From Chiloscyllium plagiosum (taxonomy: Eukaryota), in NCBI RefSeq assembly GCF_004010195.1, contig NC_057719.1, forward strand, positions 65,989,049-66,053,048: a stretch of 64,000 bases of DNA. The letters are read 5' to 3'. The stretch's first letter is position 1, and every line of letters begins with the position of its first letter. Both the position numbers and the translations under genes were made by a program. The notes beneath the pieces were generated by a model that was not told where the DNA came from, did no database searches, and saw nothing but the letters and a program-made list of their open reading frames with translations. Below are positions 14,385-26,664 of the stretch, piece after piece.

Positions 14385-14512
14385 CAGGATACCAACGTTG
14401 CTTCTTCCTCTGGGGGCTTTTCAATGGGACTAAAATCCAATGCACTCCTGTCCACACCCAAGAGCTCAGCAATACGTTCAACTCCATAAAGATCTCCATA
14501 TTTATTAATTAC
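14385..14512 (-). CDS. RYR3: RYR3 exon (128 nt): VINKYGDLYGVERIAELLGVDRSALDFSPIEKPPEEEATLVS(W)
   Basis: atcag acceptor, GTAAGT donor, phase 0-2. Confidence 0.96.
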
Positions 14513-14739
14513 CTGATTGAAACAAAAGCCATATTGAAATACAAGTTATATTGAAACCTGCTTATGATAAATTCAACAAACCTGCAGGAATTATTACAAT
14601 CAAAATGCCCCAGTGTATTCCAAAATGGGGTAGAAGAGATCTGTTGAAAACAAATTCAAAATTGGAGAAGATGAATGATTTCATTGATTAAGAGCAAGGA
14701 AAATAAGAATAAGAGAGGTCCTAAAATGGAAGAAAGAAG

Positions 14740-15430
14740 ATTAGATTACATGGAATACAGGGGGAGCTAGCCATTTGGATACAAAATTGATTTGAAGGTA
14801 GGAGACAGATAATAATGGTGGAGGCTTGCTTTTAGGACTGGAGGTCTATGACCAGTGATATGCCGCAAGAATAGGTGCTGAGTCCACTGCTTTTCGTCAT
14901 TTACATAAATGACTTGGACATGAATGTAAGAGTAAGGTTAGTAAGTTTGCAGACAACACCAGAATTAGTGGTGTAGTGGACAGTGAAAAAAGTGTCCAGT
15001 GGGACCTTGATCAGATGGGCAAATGGGCTTAGGAGTGGCAGATGGAATTTAATTTAGATAAATATGACTTACTGTGTTTTGATAAAGCTTAAGTATACAC
15101 TTAATGGTAGGGTTCTGGGGAGTATTACAAAACAAAAAGACCTTGGTGTACAGGTTCATAGTTTCTTGAAAGTGGAGTCGCAGGTAGACAGGATAATGAA
15201 GGTGTTTGGTATGCTTGCCATTATTGGTCAGTGCATTGAGTATAGAAGTTGGGAGGTCATGTTGTGGCTATACAGGACATTGGTTAGGACACCTTTGGAA
15301 CACCACATTCAATTCATGTCTCCCTGCTATAGGAAAAATGCTATTAAACTTGAAAGGGTTTAGAAAAGATTTACAAGAATGTTGCCAGGGTTGGAGGGTT
15401 TGAGCGATAGGGAGAGACTGGATAGCCAAT
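14740..15430 (+). mobile_element. CR1/HER1-type LINE RT fragment
   Basis: YTLNGRVLGS..KDLGVQVH..LYRTLVRTPLE; similar to 61063-62570. Confidence 0.9.
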
Positions 15431-15983
15431 GTCTTTTTCTTAGGCTGGGGAAGTCCAAAACTATGTTCATCTTTATTAAAGTGCAAATTCAACAGTTACT
15501 TTGAGCAAACACCCACATGCAACCTAGAGTGTATATCAGCAAGTTACTGTTGCAGTGTCCTGCTCATTCAGAAGCTGCACTATACTAATATCTGACTGAG
15601 ACAATGGGCACTAAAATACGTGGGCCAGACCGAAGTTGCATACTATTGTGATAATGTACATTAAAATAACCATAAATAGTAGGGGTTGTTCATTCTAATG
15701 TAAGTAAATTGTTGATGGAGTATTAAATATTAATTACTATCAATAACACACCAACATTAATTTTGTTTTACAACTATGGAGACACATTTCTGCAGAATTT
15801 AATTATCATTGGAAATGTCACAAAATGCAGTTATTGCTTCTGAATTTTTTTCTCATCATTCTCTCATGTCATCTCTCTCTGTTTCTGCTTATTTTGTTTT
15901 TGATTTGGTATTGAATTTATTGTTCTCATTGACATTTTCTGATTCAGACTTTGCTTGCCTCAGTTAACTCCATAAATGCTTAC

Positions 15984-16026
15984 CTTTCTTTTAACAAACT
16001 TGTCCCAGTAATTGTTAGGGAAGGAT
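15984..16026 (-). CDS. RYR3: RYR3 exon (43 nt): SFPNNYWDKFVKRK
   Basis: ttgcag acceptor, GTAAGC donor, phase 2-0. Confidence 0.96.
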
Positions 16027-16313
16027 CTGCAACAGTTGTAGGAACATTTGTTAAAGAGAGAGATCAAAAATTTAAATATGTAAAGAGTAGTTTAACATAC
16101 ATAATTACAATAGTTCATGACGAATGATAAAGTTTCAACAGTGGCTCACAACATACAATATGGAACTGATTACCTATCACACACCCAATGGAGTGTATGT
16201 AAGGGGAAAATTGATGGACTGCATAATGGATGACTAACCTGATATCACTAAGAATTACAAATAGTGTCATTATCCAGATCATCATCTATCATAGACTCTA
16301 CACTGTTATTAGA

Positions 16314-16392
16314 GCTGAAAATGTGTTGCTGGAAAATCGCAGCAGGTCAGGCAGCATCCAAGGAACAAGAGAATCGACGTTTCGAGCATAAG
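16314..16392. mobile_element. Truncated family-1 PLE mini-element with 18-bp TSD
   Basis: CTCTACACTGTTATTAGA repeated at 16296-16313 and 16393-16410. Confidence 0.8.
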
Positions 16393-17591
16393 CTCTACAC
16401 TGTTATTAGACTCACTATTGCAAATAAGTCAGCTCTTCCAATTCCTCCAGCATTTTCTTTAATAAAAATCATTCTCTGAACTCACTTTACCAGTCTTGGA
16501 ACCTTTATCCTCATCAAGGACACTTCTAAGGAAAAGACATTCCCCCCTTCTCATCACCATGGAATCTCAGAAGGGAGAATTAAGGCTAATGCTTTCAGGC
16601 TTGCAACTAAAGTGCCATAAAAATTGCATTTAGCTTTGTTCACAGCTCCCAGTTCCTCCCAAAACACATGATTATTCAGAGGAAAAACTGAAGTTTCTGG
16701 TCCTGCAGTTCACCTACTTGAGTGACATTTGCATTAACATTTGAAAAATAATCTTGAGGCAAAGTATGAGACACCTACCAGTGAAATTAAAATAGATCCG
16801 AGTGTTTCAAAAACCGCCTATTAATATGCAGATAGACATCACAACAAGGCCCATTTTTGCTGGAAATATCATCAGATCTTCAAATATAACTACTATAAAA
16901 TAATAGTAAAATGGAACTGAGTGCAATGAAAATTGGATATTGTTTTTAGAGGCTAGCTTTGGGGCTTGCTCAGAACTGTGATGATTCACTTTGTCTTAAA
17001 GTGATGTAGTTAGTAATAGTAGGAGTTGGATACATTTACCATAGCTGAGTGCACAAAACATGAAACTGCACTTAAAACTAACAATGTGGTAATGTGCGTG
17101 CTCAACCAACACCAGTCATATTACAGAGTTGCTTCCTGCTCTTACCACTATTGTGAGATGACAAGGAGAGGTCAGGAGGGAGGGGCAAGAAATCCAGACA
17201 ATGCATCATTCCTTTCCATCTGTTGAGTGCGGTTACTGATGGAGATCAGGCAGCAGGTAACCTATCTATTCTCATGGATATGTGCAATCCAAAGAGGTCA
17301 GAAATTAGACAGAGATAATTTTCAAATAGTGGAAATGACTCTTCTTAATTTAAGCCTTTTGTTGTGCTCCCTGCATGACAGCAGTGACTTCAATAACTAG
17401 TTCAATGATTGTAATGCGCTTTGAAGCTATCTGTGATCATCAAACTATGTCATATAAGTGCAAGTCTTCCTTTTTTAAAATGATTGGTGAACTCAAATGG
17501 GCAGTGACAAAACAAAACTAACATGCTTTAGAACAGCAGTCTGCAGAACTAAAAGTTGACTGTGTTTTAAGCATTATTTGTTTTTACGTAC

Positions 17592-17722
17592 GGTGTGTTG
17601 ATGACGAGACGATCCCACTGTCCTTTAATGTCATCGTCAGATGGCTGCTCGGTGATGTACAAACCATCAAATTCCAACTTCCTGGCAATCTCTTTCTCAC
17701 GCTTGAAGACTACAAGGGGAAC
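17592..17722 (-). CDS. RYR3: RYR3 exon (131 nt): [43 protein letters not shown](P)
   Basis: AG acceptor, GTACGT donor, phase 0-2. Confidence 0.96.
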
Positions 17723-18589
17723 CTTTAAACACATTAGCCAAGAAAATCAGCTCTAGCATTCTGGCAAATGTAAAAAAATTAATGCAATATCAGTGCTTCA
17801 ATATAAGCTTCAAAAATTCCTGGTTGACCACATAACCTATGGCTTTTAATACAAGGATAGCTATAGGTATTCTTAGTTGCCAACACAAATTGTTGGTCAG
17901 CTTTTAATGGTGCCTGTCCCCTGGCAAGAAACATGGTAGCCAGGCCCAATTAATTGTGAAAGAGGCCTCACATTTGTCTCCCCATGGAGGTAAACCCTGA
18001 TCAGGTTAGGGTTCAGGCAGATGGCAGCAAGGGTTGAAGTGGGATACTGACCTCATCACTGACAAATAAACTCCACAGCATCACAGCAGCTCACAGTTTA
18101 GTTGTGGGCCATAGCTTTTCCAAACCCTTGGAAGTCCACCCAGCAACCTCCTGGACAGGTCACTGGAGAGACGGGATGTGTAATTGTTGATGGTCTTTTG
18201 TAATCAGACACTCTGTGTCAATGGGAAGGTCGGGCAGCTGCTGAAAGACAAACCCTGCCCTTGTCCATTAATTCCTGTCACCACTGCTCCACAATCCACA
18301 TTCCAATTCGACTTACCTTTGGTTTGGGGAGCCATGATGATGTTAAGCCTCTGCTGGGTGCATTACTGCTTCCTGCCACTGCTCCCGGGACGCTGGTGGC
18401 AATGAAAAGCTCCCAGCCTCTGCTGCACCAACAAGCACTTAGCGAGAGGGACTTGTGCGGCCAAGGACCTCAATTGACAGGAAGGCCTGACTGGAAACAT
18501 GTTTCTGTCAGGTCTCCCACTATGAAGTGACAGAGATCCCAATTAACCTGACAAATCCTAGCTAACGCTGCTGAATCAACAACTGGTCT

Positions 18590-19320
18590 TCATATTTAGA
18601 GCATTACCCGTCATCAACTAACCCAAGCTACAGAAGAAAGCATGAGAACAAGTGACCAAGAGCTTGAGCAAAGAGATTGATTGCAAGGAGTATTTTAAAG
18701 GAGTAGAGACGAGGAAGACAGAGGTGAAGACATGAAGTGATTTTGGGCAAGAATTCCAGAATTTAGTGTCTTGACAGCTGAAGGAGAGACTATAAATGAG
18801 GGAATGAATGAAGTGCAAATAGACAAGCCTGGGTTTGAGCAATATAGCAGTTCATGGAGCTGAAGAATTTTCCAGCAACAGGGAGCAGTGAGGCCATGAG
18901 AGATTTGAATACAATGACTAGACTTTTAATACTGAGGCAGTCATGGATTGAGAAGCAACATAGGTCAGCAAGCACAGGGGTGATGTGTGAATGGGACTGG
19001 GGTCAAAGGTTTGGTGGAGATCTGAAATTTCTGTAAGAAGACAGAATGGTGAAACAGAATTATTAAATCTAGAAGGTTTTCAGCAACAGGTGACCTGAGG
19101 AAAGAACAGTAACAGATAATAGCATGGTTGTAGGCAGTTTTGGTATTGAGAGGATATAGTATAGGTAAGTCGATCCAGGATCAAATAAAATGTTAAGTTT
19201 GCAAACAATCTGGTTCAGCTTGCAGATGAGGTTTGGGGTCAATGAAGAAGAAACAGAGCATTTGATGACCATAGATCCATAGTTGCACTAATGCTTAATT
19301 GGAGAAATAGGCAAGTTTGT
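18590..19320 (-). mobile_element. Degenerate L2-like LINE remnant
   Basis: Motifs typical of the antisense L2 3' region (GAATTCCAGA..TTAG; AGGCCATGAGAGATTTGAATACAA). Confidence 0.5.
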
Positions 19321-19331
19321 AAGTACTATAC

Positions 19332-19508
19332 CTTCAATATGTAGTACCCTATGATACAAAGCATTGAGATGATGGTATGAATAATGGCAAGAAGCATCAG
19401 TGTTGGGGCCATGTATCCAGTCGTCTCCTGTAACACGTAGTAATCTACATTATCGTCATTCCAGAAACTAAAATCACCCTCCTCATCATCCTCAGGAGGC
19501 TCAGTGAC
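19332..19508 (-). CDS. RYR3: RYR3 exon (177 nt), S1-S2 loop and S2: VTEPPEDD...CIIGYYILK
   Basis: tttaag acceptor, GTATAG donor, phase 0-0. Confidence 0.95.
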
Positions 19509-20199
19509 CTTAAAGGGAAACACAAATAATAACATGCTTCAGAAACAGTGCAAACTGTGTATTTCATGGAAAAACAAACATTTAAACACATATTTTCAAC
19601 TTCCTCTTTTTATTCAAGACAAACCATTTCAGAAACAGAAGTATGAACTACTGATCAGAACAATCAAGAAGAAATTGATTTTTTTTCTTTTTCCAGCTTT
19701 ACCCTTAATTGTAAAAACTATCAGAGCTGCAATGCATTTCTAACATTTTCTGTTTTTTCCTTTGAGTTACTATTTAAACTCAATTCTGAAATTGTTAAGA
19801 AGGGTTTATTTTGGATGATGTACAGCAAGTTGAAGTTTTGACATGATGATTTGAACTCACAGCTACACTTCCCTTGGACGGAACTAAATATTCAGTGTGT
19901 TACTTTAGCCCTTTAATTAAGATTATGTACAATTCCTGAGATCAACACATTCAAATAAAGGTGCCAAATGTAAGTTTCAATTCATAAGAATATAAAGTCA
20001 ATTGTGAGAAAATGGCATTAAATATCCTCATCCAAAGCCCAGTTAATACTTATTCAGTCACAAACTTTTTTTCACACCTCTTAAGCAATGCCAAATTCAT
20101 CTCCCATTGCTCTGGAAATGGGCAAAGAAAGCAAATAAGTCTCCCTATTTTTGCAAAATCCGCAATATCTTGTCAATAGTTACCAAACATTTCAAAGTT

Positions 20200-20343
20200 A
20201 AAAATCACACAATACCAGGTTATGAGAGTCACCGAGAGAGTGGCGCTCCGAAAGCTAGTGTACTTCCAACTAAACCTGTTGGACTATAACCTGGTGTTGT
20301 GTGGTTTTTAACTTTGTACCAGCCTAGTCCAACACCGGCACCT
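20200..20343. mobile_element. PLE-derived mini-element, family 2, with 17-bp TSD
   Basis: CCAAACATTTCAAAGTT at 20183-20199 and 20344-20360; partial inverted arms; 3' half of hammerhead core (GCTCC-GAAA-GC-TA-GTG). Confidence 0.8.
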
Positions 20344-21445
20344 CCAAACATTTCAAAGTTGCCTCTGAGGCCACTACTAGATCTACCTTTCAGAGAAAGA
20401 AACATTTTTTTCTCGTGTGTTTAATGCTGCCAAATTTAATATTATTCCATTTTTTTTGAGCCAAGGTTCCTTCCTTCCTCCAATCATATCTCATTATTTA
20501 AAGACCACCATCATGTCTCCACTCTCTATGCATTGTTCCTGAGTTAATGGCTAAAGACTCTGTATGCACAATTCAATTAGCAGTGAGTCATACAACCATA
20601 ATGAACTTGAAGGTGAACTAGATGGATTTAGATTTTTTTTCAGTGTTTTTCCTCTGAACCAATGATGGGGCCAGATCCGACAAGTCATTCACACTCAACA
20701 TGTCGTGTCTCAAATTACTCACATGAACATGGACAAGTAATTAACTCCTGCATAATTCATGAAAAAGTCAAGTTGTAATTTCTGCTTGTGCTCTGGCAAA
20801 CATCCAATTTAGAAAACTATCTCACTTTTCATAATCGACATTTTAATATTTAAAGCTTCAAATATTAGTTATTATAATAAGTAGCAATTTGAAATCCAAT
20901 ATACACCTTTGAATTAAGCAACATTATAAGGAATAACTTGACTTTAGCTTGCAACAATATTAGATTGGGTTCTGCACGAAACATGGCCCTCACTGGATCT
21001 GACCCTTGACCTTTATATACTGCACTTTGCCATTTTCCTGTCATAACTAGAGGTAATATGCACACTTCTGAATTCCAAATTCTGGTCTCCTTTTCTTGGA
21101 CTAATCCTTTGGAGGCCTGAAGATCTTATGAAGATTTTTTCTTGTAGACACTGAGAGATTTATACAGCTAATCTCAGTCATCTCCTTTCACATTGGACAT
21201 GAATAAGCCTTTTATGTTTTTTTTGTTTGCATTTTCATTGGAATTTGACAAATCTCTCACAAATACCATTTATCTTAACTGATATGAACTGTCTTCCCTG
21301 GTATTTATTGCAGAGAAACCTGGAACTGCTGCACTCAGTAAGGCACCATTATCTTTTCCTTCTTCTATACTTGTATCATTGCTTGTTACGAGTATATTAG
21401 CATGTATTACAAAATTATAATATCAAAAGAGGGAGAATAAGGTAC

Positions 21446-21532
21446 CTTGTAGAACAGCAGAATGAAGTTGATAGCAAACGCCACAAACAGAGCTAGCAAT
21501 CTCAGATTGTAGAAATTCCTGGCTAGATAATT
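21446..21532 (-). CDS. RYR3: RYR3 exon (87 nt), TM S1: [29 protein letters not shown]
   Basis: tttcag acceptor, GTACCT donor, phase 0-0. Confidence 0.96.
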
Positions 21533-21984
21533 CTGAAACAAGAATGATAAATTTGTGATATACCAATCTTGACACAGCATCTCAGGACAACTTAACTTGA
21601 TATTTTACTTGTTTTATCACATTCTAATATTTATGTTGAAGAATTTCTACCACTGCTGTAGAAACATTTATATTGAAGAATAAATTCTCTGCCAGCTATA
21701 TTCACTTCAAATCATGGTAGTATCTCCAGATTCTGACTGACAGAATAGGATTGGTGGTGGATAGTAAATGGATCTACATTCTAGAATGAGAAATGCAAGT
21801 AAATTCAGTAGCTGTGCTTTTCCAGCACCACTCTAATCTAGACACTGATCTCCAGCATCTGCAGTCCTCACTTATGCCAAAATCAATGTCTGCTAATTTT
21901 TACCACTATCATCTGAAAAGGAGGAATGTGTAGTGTTGCAGGAAGAGGAAGGAAGAATGGCAGTAACTCCATTGTTTATTCAGG

Positions 21985-23150
21985 AAGCTGCCCAGACACA
22001 ATTAGCGGAATGGATGTCAGGACAAGTTACCTGAAGATGCTGGGAACATGGTTCAGAGAAGGCTGGGAGGGGTTTGTGCAAAAACATGGGAGGAGCATAT
22101 CACTAAGGGTGAGGCAGAAACTGAGCTTATGGGAGTATTGCTCCTTCTCCATTGCAGGTAAAAACCTGCTCATCAGCTGTGAGATTTTCTTAATGTTGTT
22201 GTATGTGACACAGGTCTGGCCCATCCCTGAACCGGCACTTGCAGACACCCAACCCACTTTATCTGAAGTTTGAAGATGGACCACGTATGCAGGAACACCA
22301 TGTACAAAGCTCTGGATAAGTGGGGGAAAGACATATCTAATGTTGCCATCATTCTGATGGCCGCCTTTGTGTATGGCTGCACCAAGCTGCGTGTAGACCA
22401 TTGGAGAAAGTGAGGACTGCAGGTGCTGAGATCAAAGTTGAGAATGTGGTGCTGGAAAAGCACAGCAGGTCAGGTAGCATCCGAGGAGCAGGAGAGTCGA
22501 TGTTTCGGGCATAAGCCCTTCATCAGGAAGCAAACATCAAATATTACTATGTATTGAGGTTCAACCTGTCCCCGGTGTTACAAAGTGGGGTCTGGCCTCA
22601 GTGCCGAGTAGTTGGACTGTTTCCATATTATTTGTTCTTTATGGAAAAATGTGCCAAGAAAAACACCTTTGACCACAAGTCAATTGGGCAGCAGTCAGCC
22701 CTGTGGATGCTGCCTGGTGATTTCCTGAGCAGACTGTCAAAATCACTTGGTGGAATGCCTCATCATCAGATGTATACACATGCAACAAGATGTAGCTTGG
22801 TTGGTTGTGAGAAGGGCACTGCCCATCAGATTCTATATACATGTCCAGTCTCTGTACCGCTGCGCACTGCCCTCAAAGTGGCTGCAGAGGGGACAGAGAC
22901 TGTCACACATTTCTTGCTAGAAGGTGCCTTTGGAAAGGAAGCCTGGAGGAAGATTCAGTGGTTTTTGTTGAGGTTTGCCTGTGCAGCTCTGTGACATGGG
23001 ACTCTGTGCTGTATGGTCTGTTCCCCAGGACGCATACTGAGACAAATATCGACAGCATCTGGGGGACCATCAACTCAGTGAAAGATGCTCTTTGGTCTAC
23101 CCGAAACCTGTTGGTCTTTCAGTGCAAGGAGTTGACCATGATCAAGTGTT
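21985..23150 (+). mobile_element. Degenerate Tx1/L1-clade ORF2 C-terminal fragment
   Basis: Frameshifted CPQSGC...ETVTHFLLE..FGKEAW zinc-binding remnant; WGTINSVKDALWSTRNLLVFQ. Confidence 0.65.
22403..22529 (-). mobile_element. Family-1 PLE terminal fragment nested in the Tx1 remnant
   Basis: Same sequence as other family-1 copies; minus-strand CTGATGA-A-GGGCTTATGCCC-GAAA. Confidence 0.75.
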
Positions 23151-23152
23151 TG

Positions 23153-23767
23153 GGAGATAGTGAGGACTGCAGATACTGGAGACTCAGAGTCAATAAAGTG
23201 TGGTGCTGGAAAAAACACAGCAGGTCGGACAGCATCTGAGGAGCAAGAGATCCCCAGGGCTGGGGAGGGGGGTTTGAGGCTGAGAATTAGGTAGCAGGAA
23301 GCGGTGGGGCTGGGGGAAAGGTAGGTGGGATGGCGATAGGTGGATGCAGGTAGGTGGTGATTGTGATAGGTCGGTGGGAAGAGTGGAGCAGATAGATTGG
23401 GAGGAAGATGGACAGGTAGGTTTAAGTCAAGAGGGTGGAGCTGAGTCGGAGGGTTGGATCTGGGATGGGGTCAAGGGTGAGGAGATTTGGAAGCTGGTGA
23501 ATTTAATGTTAAGGTTGTGTGGTTGTAAGCTCCTGAAGAGAAAGATGAGGTGTTCCTCCTCCAGTTTGTAGGTGGCCTTATTTAGGTGGTGAAAGAGGCC
23601 CAGAACGGATATGTTATCAGGGGAGTGGGAGTGAGCGTGAGAGTTGAAATGGTTGGTCACTGGATGGTGGGGTTGGTTGGTGCTTACAGACCAGAGATGT
23701 TCTCTGAACCACTCTGCAAATTTGCACTCAGTCTCCCCAATATAGAGGAGACCATATAGAGAGCAAA
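23153..23767 (-). mobile_element. Penelope-like element 3' fragment: GIY-YIG endonuclease plus family-1 terminus
   Basis: ORF 23427-23834 has LYIGET..FREH..PVTNHF..LEEEHLIF..LQPHNLN (PLE GIY-YIG C-terminal half), contiguous with the family-1 terminus. Confidence 0.85.
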
Positions 23768-23984
23768 GGTTTCCTCCGGGTGCTCTGGTTTCATACCACA
23801 GTGGAAAGATGTGCAGATGAACAGGAATAGCCATGCTAAATCATCCATAGTATGCAGGCTAGGTGGATTAGCGAAGGATACACAGGGTTACAAGGAAAGG
23901 ATAGGGGGTGGGATGCTCTTCAGAGGGTTGGTGTGGTCTCGATGGGCCAAATGCCTACTTCCACACTATAGGGCTTCTATGATT
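23768..23984 (+). mobile_element. HE1-like SINE 3' part
   Basis: GGTTTCCTCCGGGTGCTCTGGTTTC body and CR1-like tail CCACACTATAGG..CTATGATT. Confidence 0.7.
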
Positions 23985-24133
23985 TGCACAATTCCAGTAT
24001 CACAATGTTGTTTCTTAAGGTTGCTACATTTAATAAAGAGAAATTGACCAAAATTTTAAGCTGGAAGTCATTTGATATGTTGTATAATTGGAGCCCTTAA
24101 TGCTCAATTTAAAAACACAGCCTAGTTACGTAC

Positions 24134-24302
24134 CAGAATCTTGGTTTGGTAAATTTCCAGTCCCTCCCAGAAGTTTGCCAAGAAGGCCTCAGGCTCCTTC
24201 TTTTTCTGCCCACGGCGTTGCTTCTTTTCTGTTTGCTCTTTTCCCTCACTTTCAATCGGCTGTTCCTCTTTGGCTTTGTCCTTCTTCTCGCCATCTTCTG
24301 TG
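24134..24302 (-). CDS. RYR3: RYR3 exon (169 nt): TEDGEKKDKAKEEQ...EPEAFLANFWEGLEIYQTKIL
   Basis: gatag acceptor, GTACGT donor, phase 2-0. Confidence 0.93.
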
Positions 24303-24398
24303 CTATCAAGGCAAGAGCACACCAGGAATCACTTACCTGGCAATAACTCAAATTTGAACTGAAATTCTTTGTATCGACATGCTGCGACTGGAACTTAC

Positions 24399-24448
24399 TC
24401 AGCCTTCTCGGCCTCTGCTCTGCTCTCAGCTTTACTCTTTTGTTCAAT
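24399..24448 (-). CDS. RYR3: RYR3 exon (50 nt): IEQKSKAESRAEAEKA(D)
   Basis: tttcaag acceptor, GTAAGT donor, phase 0-2; the EKAD end is conserved. Confidence 0.85.
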
Positions 24449-24551
24449 CTTGAAATTCAACATAAAACACAACAAAAAACATTTAGGTTGTAAACTATCA
24501 GAAAGTTGGAATATTTTGAAGTTGAAAGTGGTAAATGCTTTTAAAACTTAC

Positions 24552-25861
24552 CTCTGCTTTCTTCTGTTGCCGCAATGCCTTCTCGATACTAGGAGGGCTG
24601 TCCACTCCTATAATTTCTGAGACATCACCAAGACCTCCATGCATATCGCTCGCTGTTTTGCCTGCTTTCTTTGTACCTGTACCAAATATATCCGGCATCA
24701 TATCTGCTTCATTTTTCTCACCTTGTACTGCAGACTCAAGCTCTGTGACAACACTTGCCTCAGGAATTTCAGCTCTTTCGGGTTCTGCCACATCACCATG
24801 AATTCCAAGTTGTGTTGGATCAGGCATGCTTGCTAAAAGATCTGTGACAGTGATGTTTTTGGCACCTTCAACTAAGCCACCACCAAACATGGCACTCCAC
24901 ATAATCTGGAAAAGTCCTTGGACTACACTGAAAACAAAGAACACAAGGCTAGTCAACAGTATCCAGAAGAAGGAGAAAAATGCCATGAGTAACTCCATGG
25001 TTGTCATCCTCTTAATTTTTTTGTACTGCCTTCTGATATTTTTAAATGTGAAAATGCTGAAAAACTTAAACAATCGGGTTTTGAAATCATGATAAGCTGC
25101 TGCAAAAGCACTTGAGGATTCAAGAACTTCTTCATCGCTCTCCTCTTCAGTTGACATAGGCTCATCTTCATCATCATCTGGTCGCTCAGTTGAATCAGGC
25201 TCAGAGATTTCAGAAGCGAGTTGCATTTCAAATATGGTGTCCTCGCAAAAATTCACAAAGAGTTCCATTTTTTCTGATTCTCCTCCTTCATTCACAACAT
25301 CAAAGATAAACTGCCTTTTGGATTCCTTGACTTGAGGTTTCTCCCATTGCGTTCTACTCGATTCGCTGATTTCAAAGTAGACCCTTTCTATGCGCTTTGC
25401 AGCACCCATAATCTCAATGCGTCCTAAATAGGGTTCAAAGTATGTAAGCACGCTTTGTGCTGGTTGTAAAAGAGTCGCCAGGCGGCTATCATTAGGCATG
25501 TGTTCAGATAAGTTGGTCAGTAATACAGCTACATTAAAACCAATGTCCTTGGCAGGTTCATGGAATCGATCAATAAACTCGATATAGTTAAACATATCAT
25601 TTTCATCAGCTTCAACACAAGACAGTAGAAATTCTATTTCAGGTTGTGTGTATTTTTTCTGACTCTCTAAAGCTTTCTGAAATTCCTTTTTGGACATTAT
25701 TCCTTTACCATCTGGGTCATAGACTTTGAAAGTATCGGAATTGGTTATCTCCTTTAATTTCAGAAACATATCAAAGAACTTCAGGATCATTTCCATGTTG
25801 CTGGAAGACTCAACCAGTGTGTCTACCATCTGTTTGCCTATTGTTCCATTTACAACGTTAC
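24552..25861 (-). CDS. RYR3: RYR3 large exon (1310 nt): EF-hand pair, VKESKRQF segment and divergent region, (G)[10 protein letters not shown]...LRQQKKAE
   Basis: Lies within the 470-aa ORF; cttag acceptor, GTAAGT donor, phase 1-0; EF loops [12 protein letters not shown] and [12 protein letters not shown]. Confidence 0.97.
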
Positions 25862-26020
25862 CTAAGATTGTAGAGAACAGCACAATGAATTTAAATAAAC
25901 ACAGATGCAAAATGTTTGAATGAACTAAGTCCTCAACCCAGATGTTAAAAATTTGAAATAATTACGGCGAATATGAGAAATTTTCCACCTATTAACAAAA
26001 AATGAAAATTGTATTTAACT

Positions 26021-26345
26021 AGATTAGATTACCTACAGTGTAGAAACAGGCCATCGGCCCAACAAGTCCACACCGATCCTCCAAAGAGTAATCCACCTAG
26101 ACCCATTCATCTACATTTACCCCTGACTAATGCACCTAACACTATGGGCAATTTAGCACATCCAATTCACCTAACCTGTACATCTTTGGACTGTGGAAGG
26201 AAACCAGAGTATCCAGAAGAAACCACACACAGACAAGGGGAGAATATGCAAAGTCCACACAGACAGTCGCCCAAGGCAGGAATCAAACCTGAGTCCCTGG
26301 CACTTTGAGGCAACAGTACTAACCACTGAGCCACCTAGCTGCCCC
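26021..26345 (-). mobile_element. HE1-type SINE
   Basis: (TAGAT)n tail on plus strand, tRNA-like head at right end. Confidence 0.9.
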
Positions 26346-26582
26346 CAAAAAACAGTGCATTTTTCTGAATATTGTTTTCCAGGTATAGCTCATACACATT
26401 CAAACCATTAGTGCAGCATTTTAAAATGCTGTGGAACTGGATATTGCTTTCATATGTAAAAAATAAGTGATTCAAATATTTGGCAATAGGCAGTATTCAC
26501 AGCAATAGTTAAATATGTTAATATTATTGGACCAGATGCTAACTAAATCTCTAAAACTGTACAATGTGCAAAATATGTTAAC

Positions 26583-26664
26583 CTTCCAGTAGTGACAATA
26601 GCATCACTACCATGTCCTTCTGGAGATCCAACAATTCCTTCAGCAACTCAATCTGGCTCGAGTC
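26583..26664 (-). CDS. RYR3: RYR3 exon (82 nt): DSSQIELLKELLDLQKDMVVMLLSLLE(G)
   Basis: tatag acceptor, GTAACA donor, phase 0-1. Confidence 0.96.

Noticed and set aside
24498..25910. 470-aa ORF as a standalone gene
   Set aside because: It is the large internal RYR3 exon (24552-25861) with intronic read-through on both sides.
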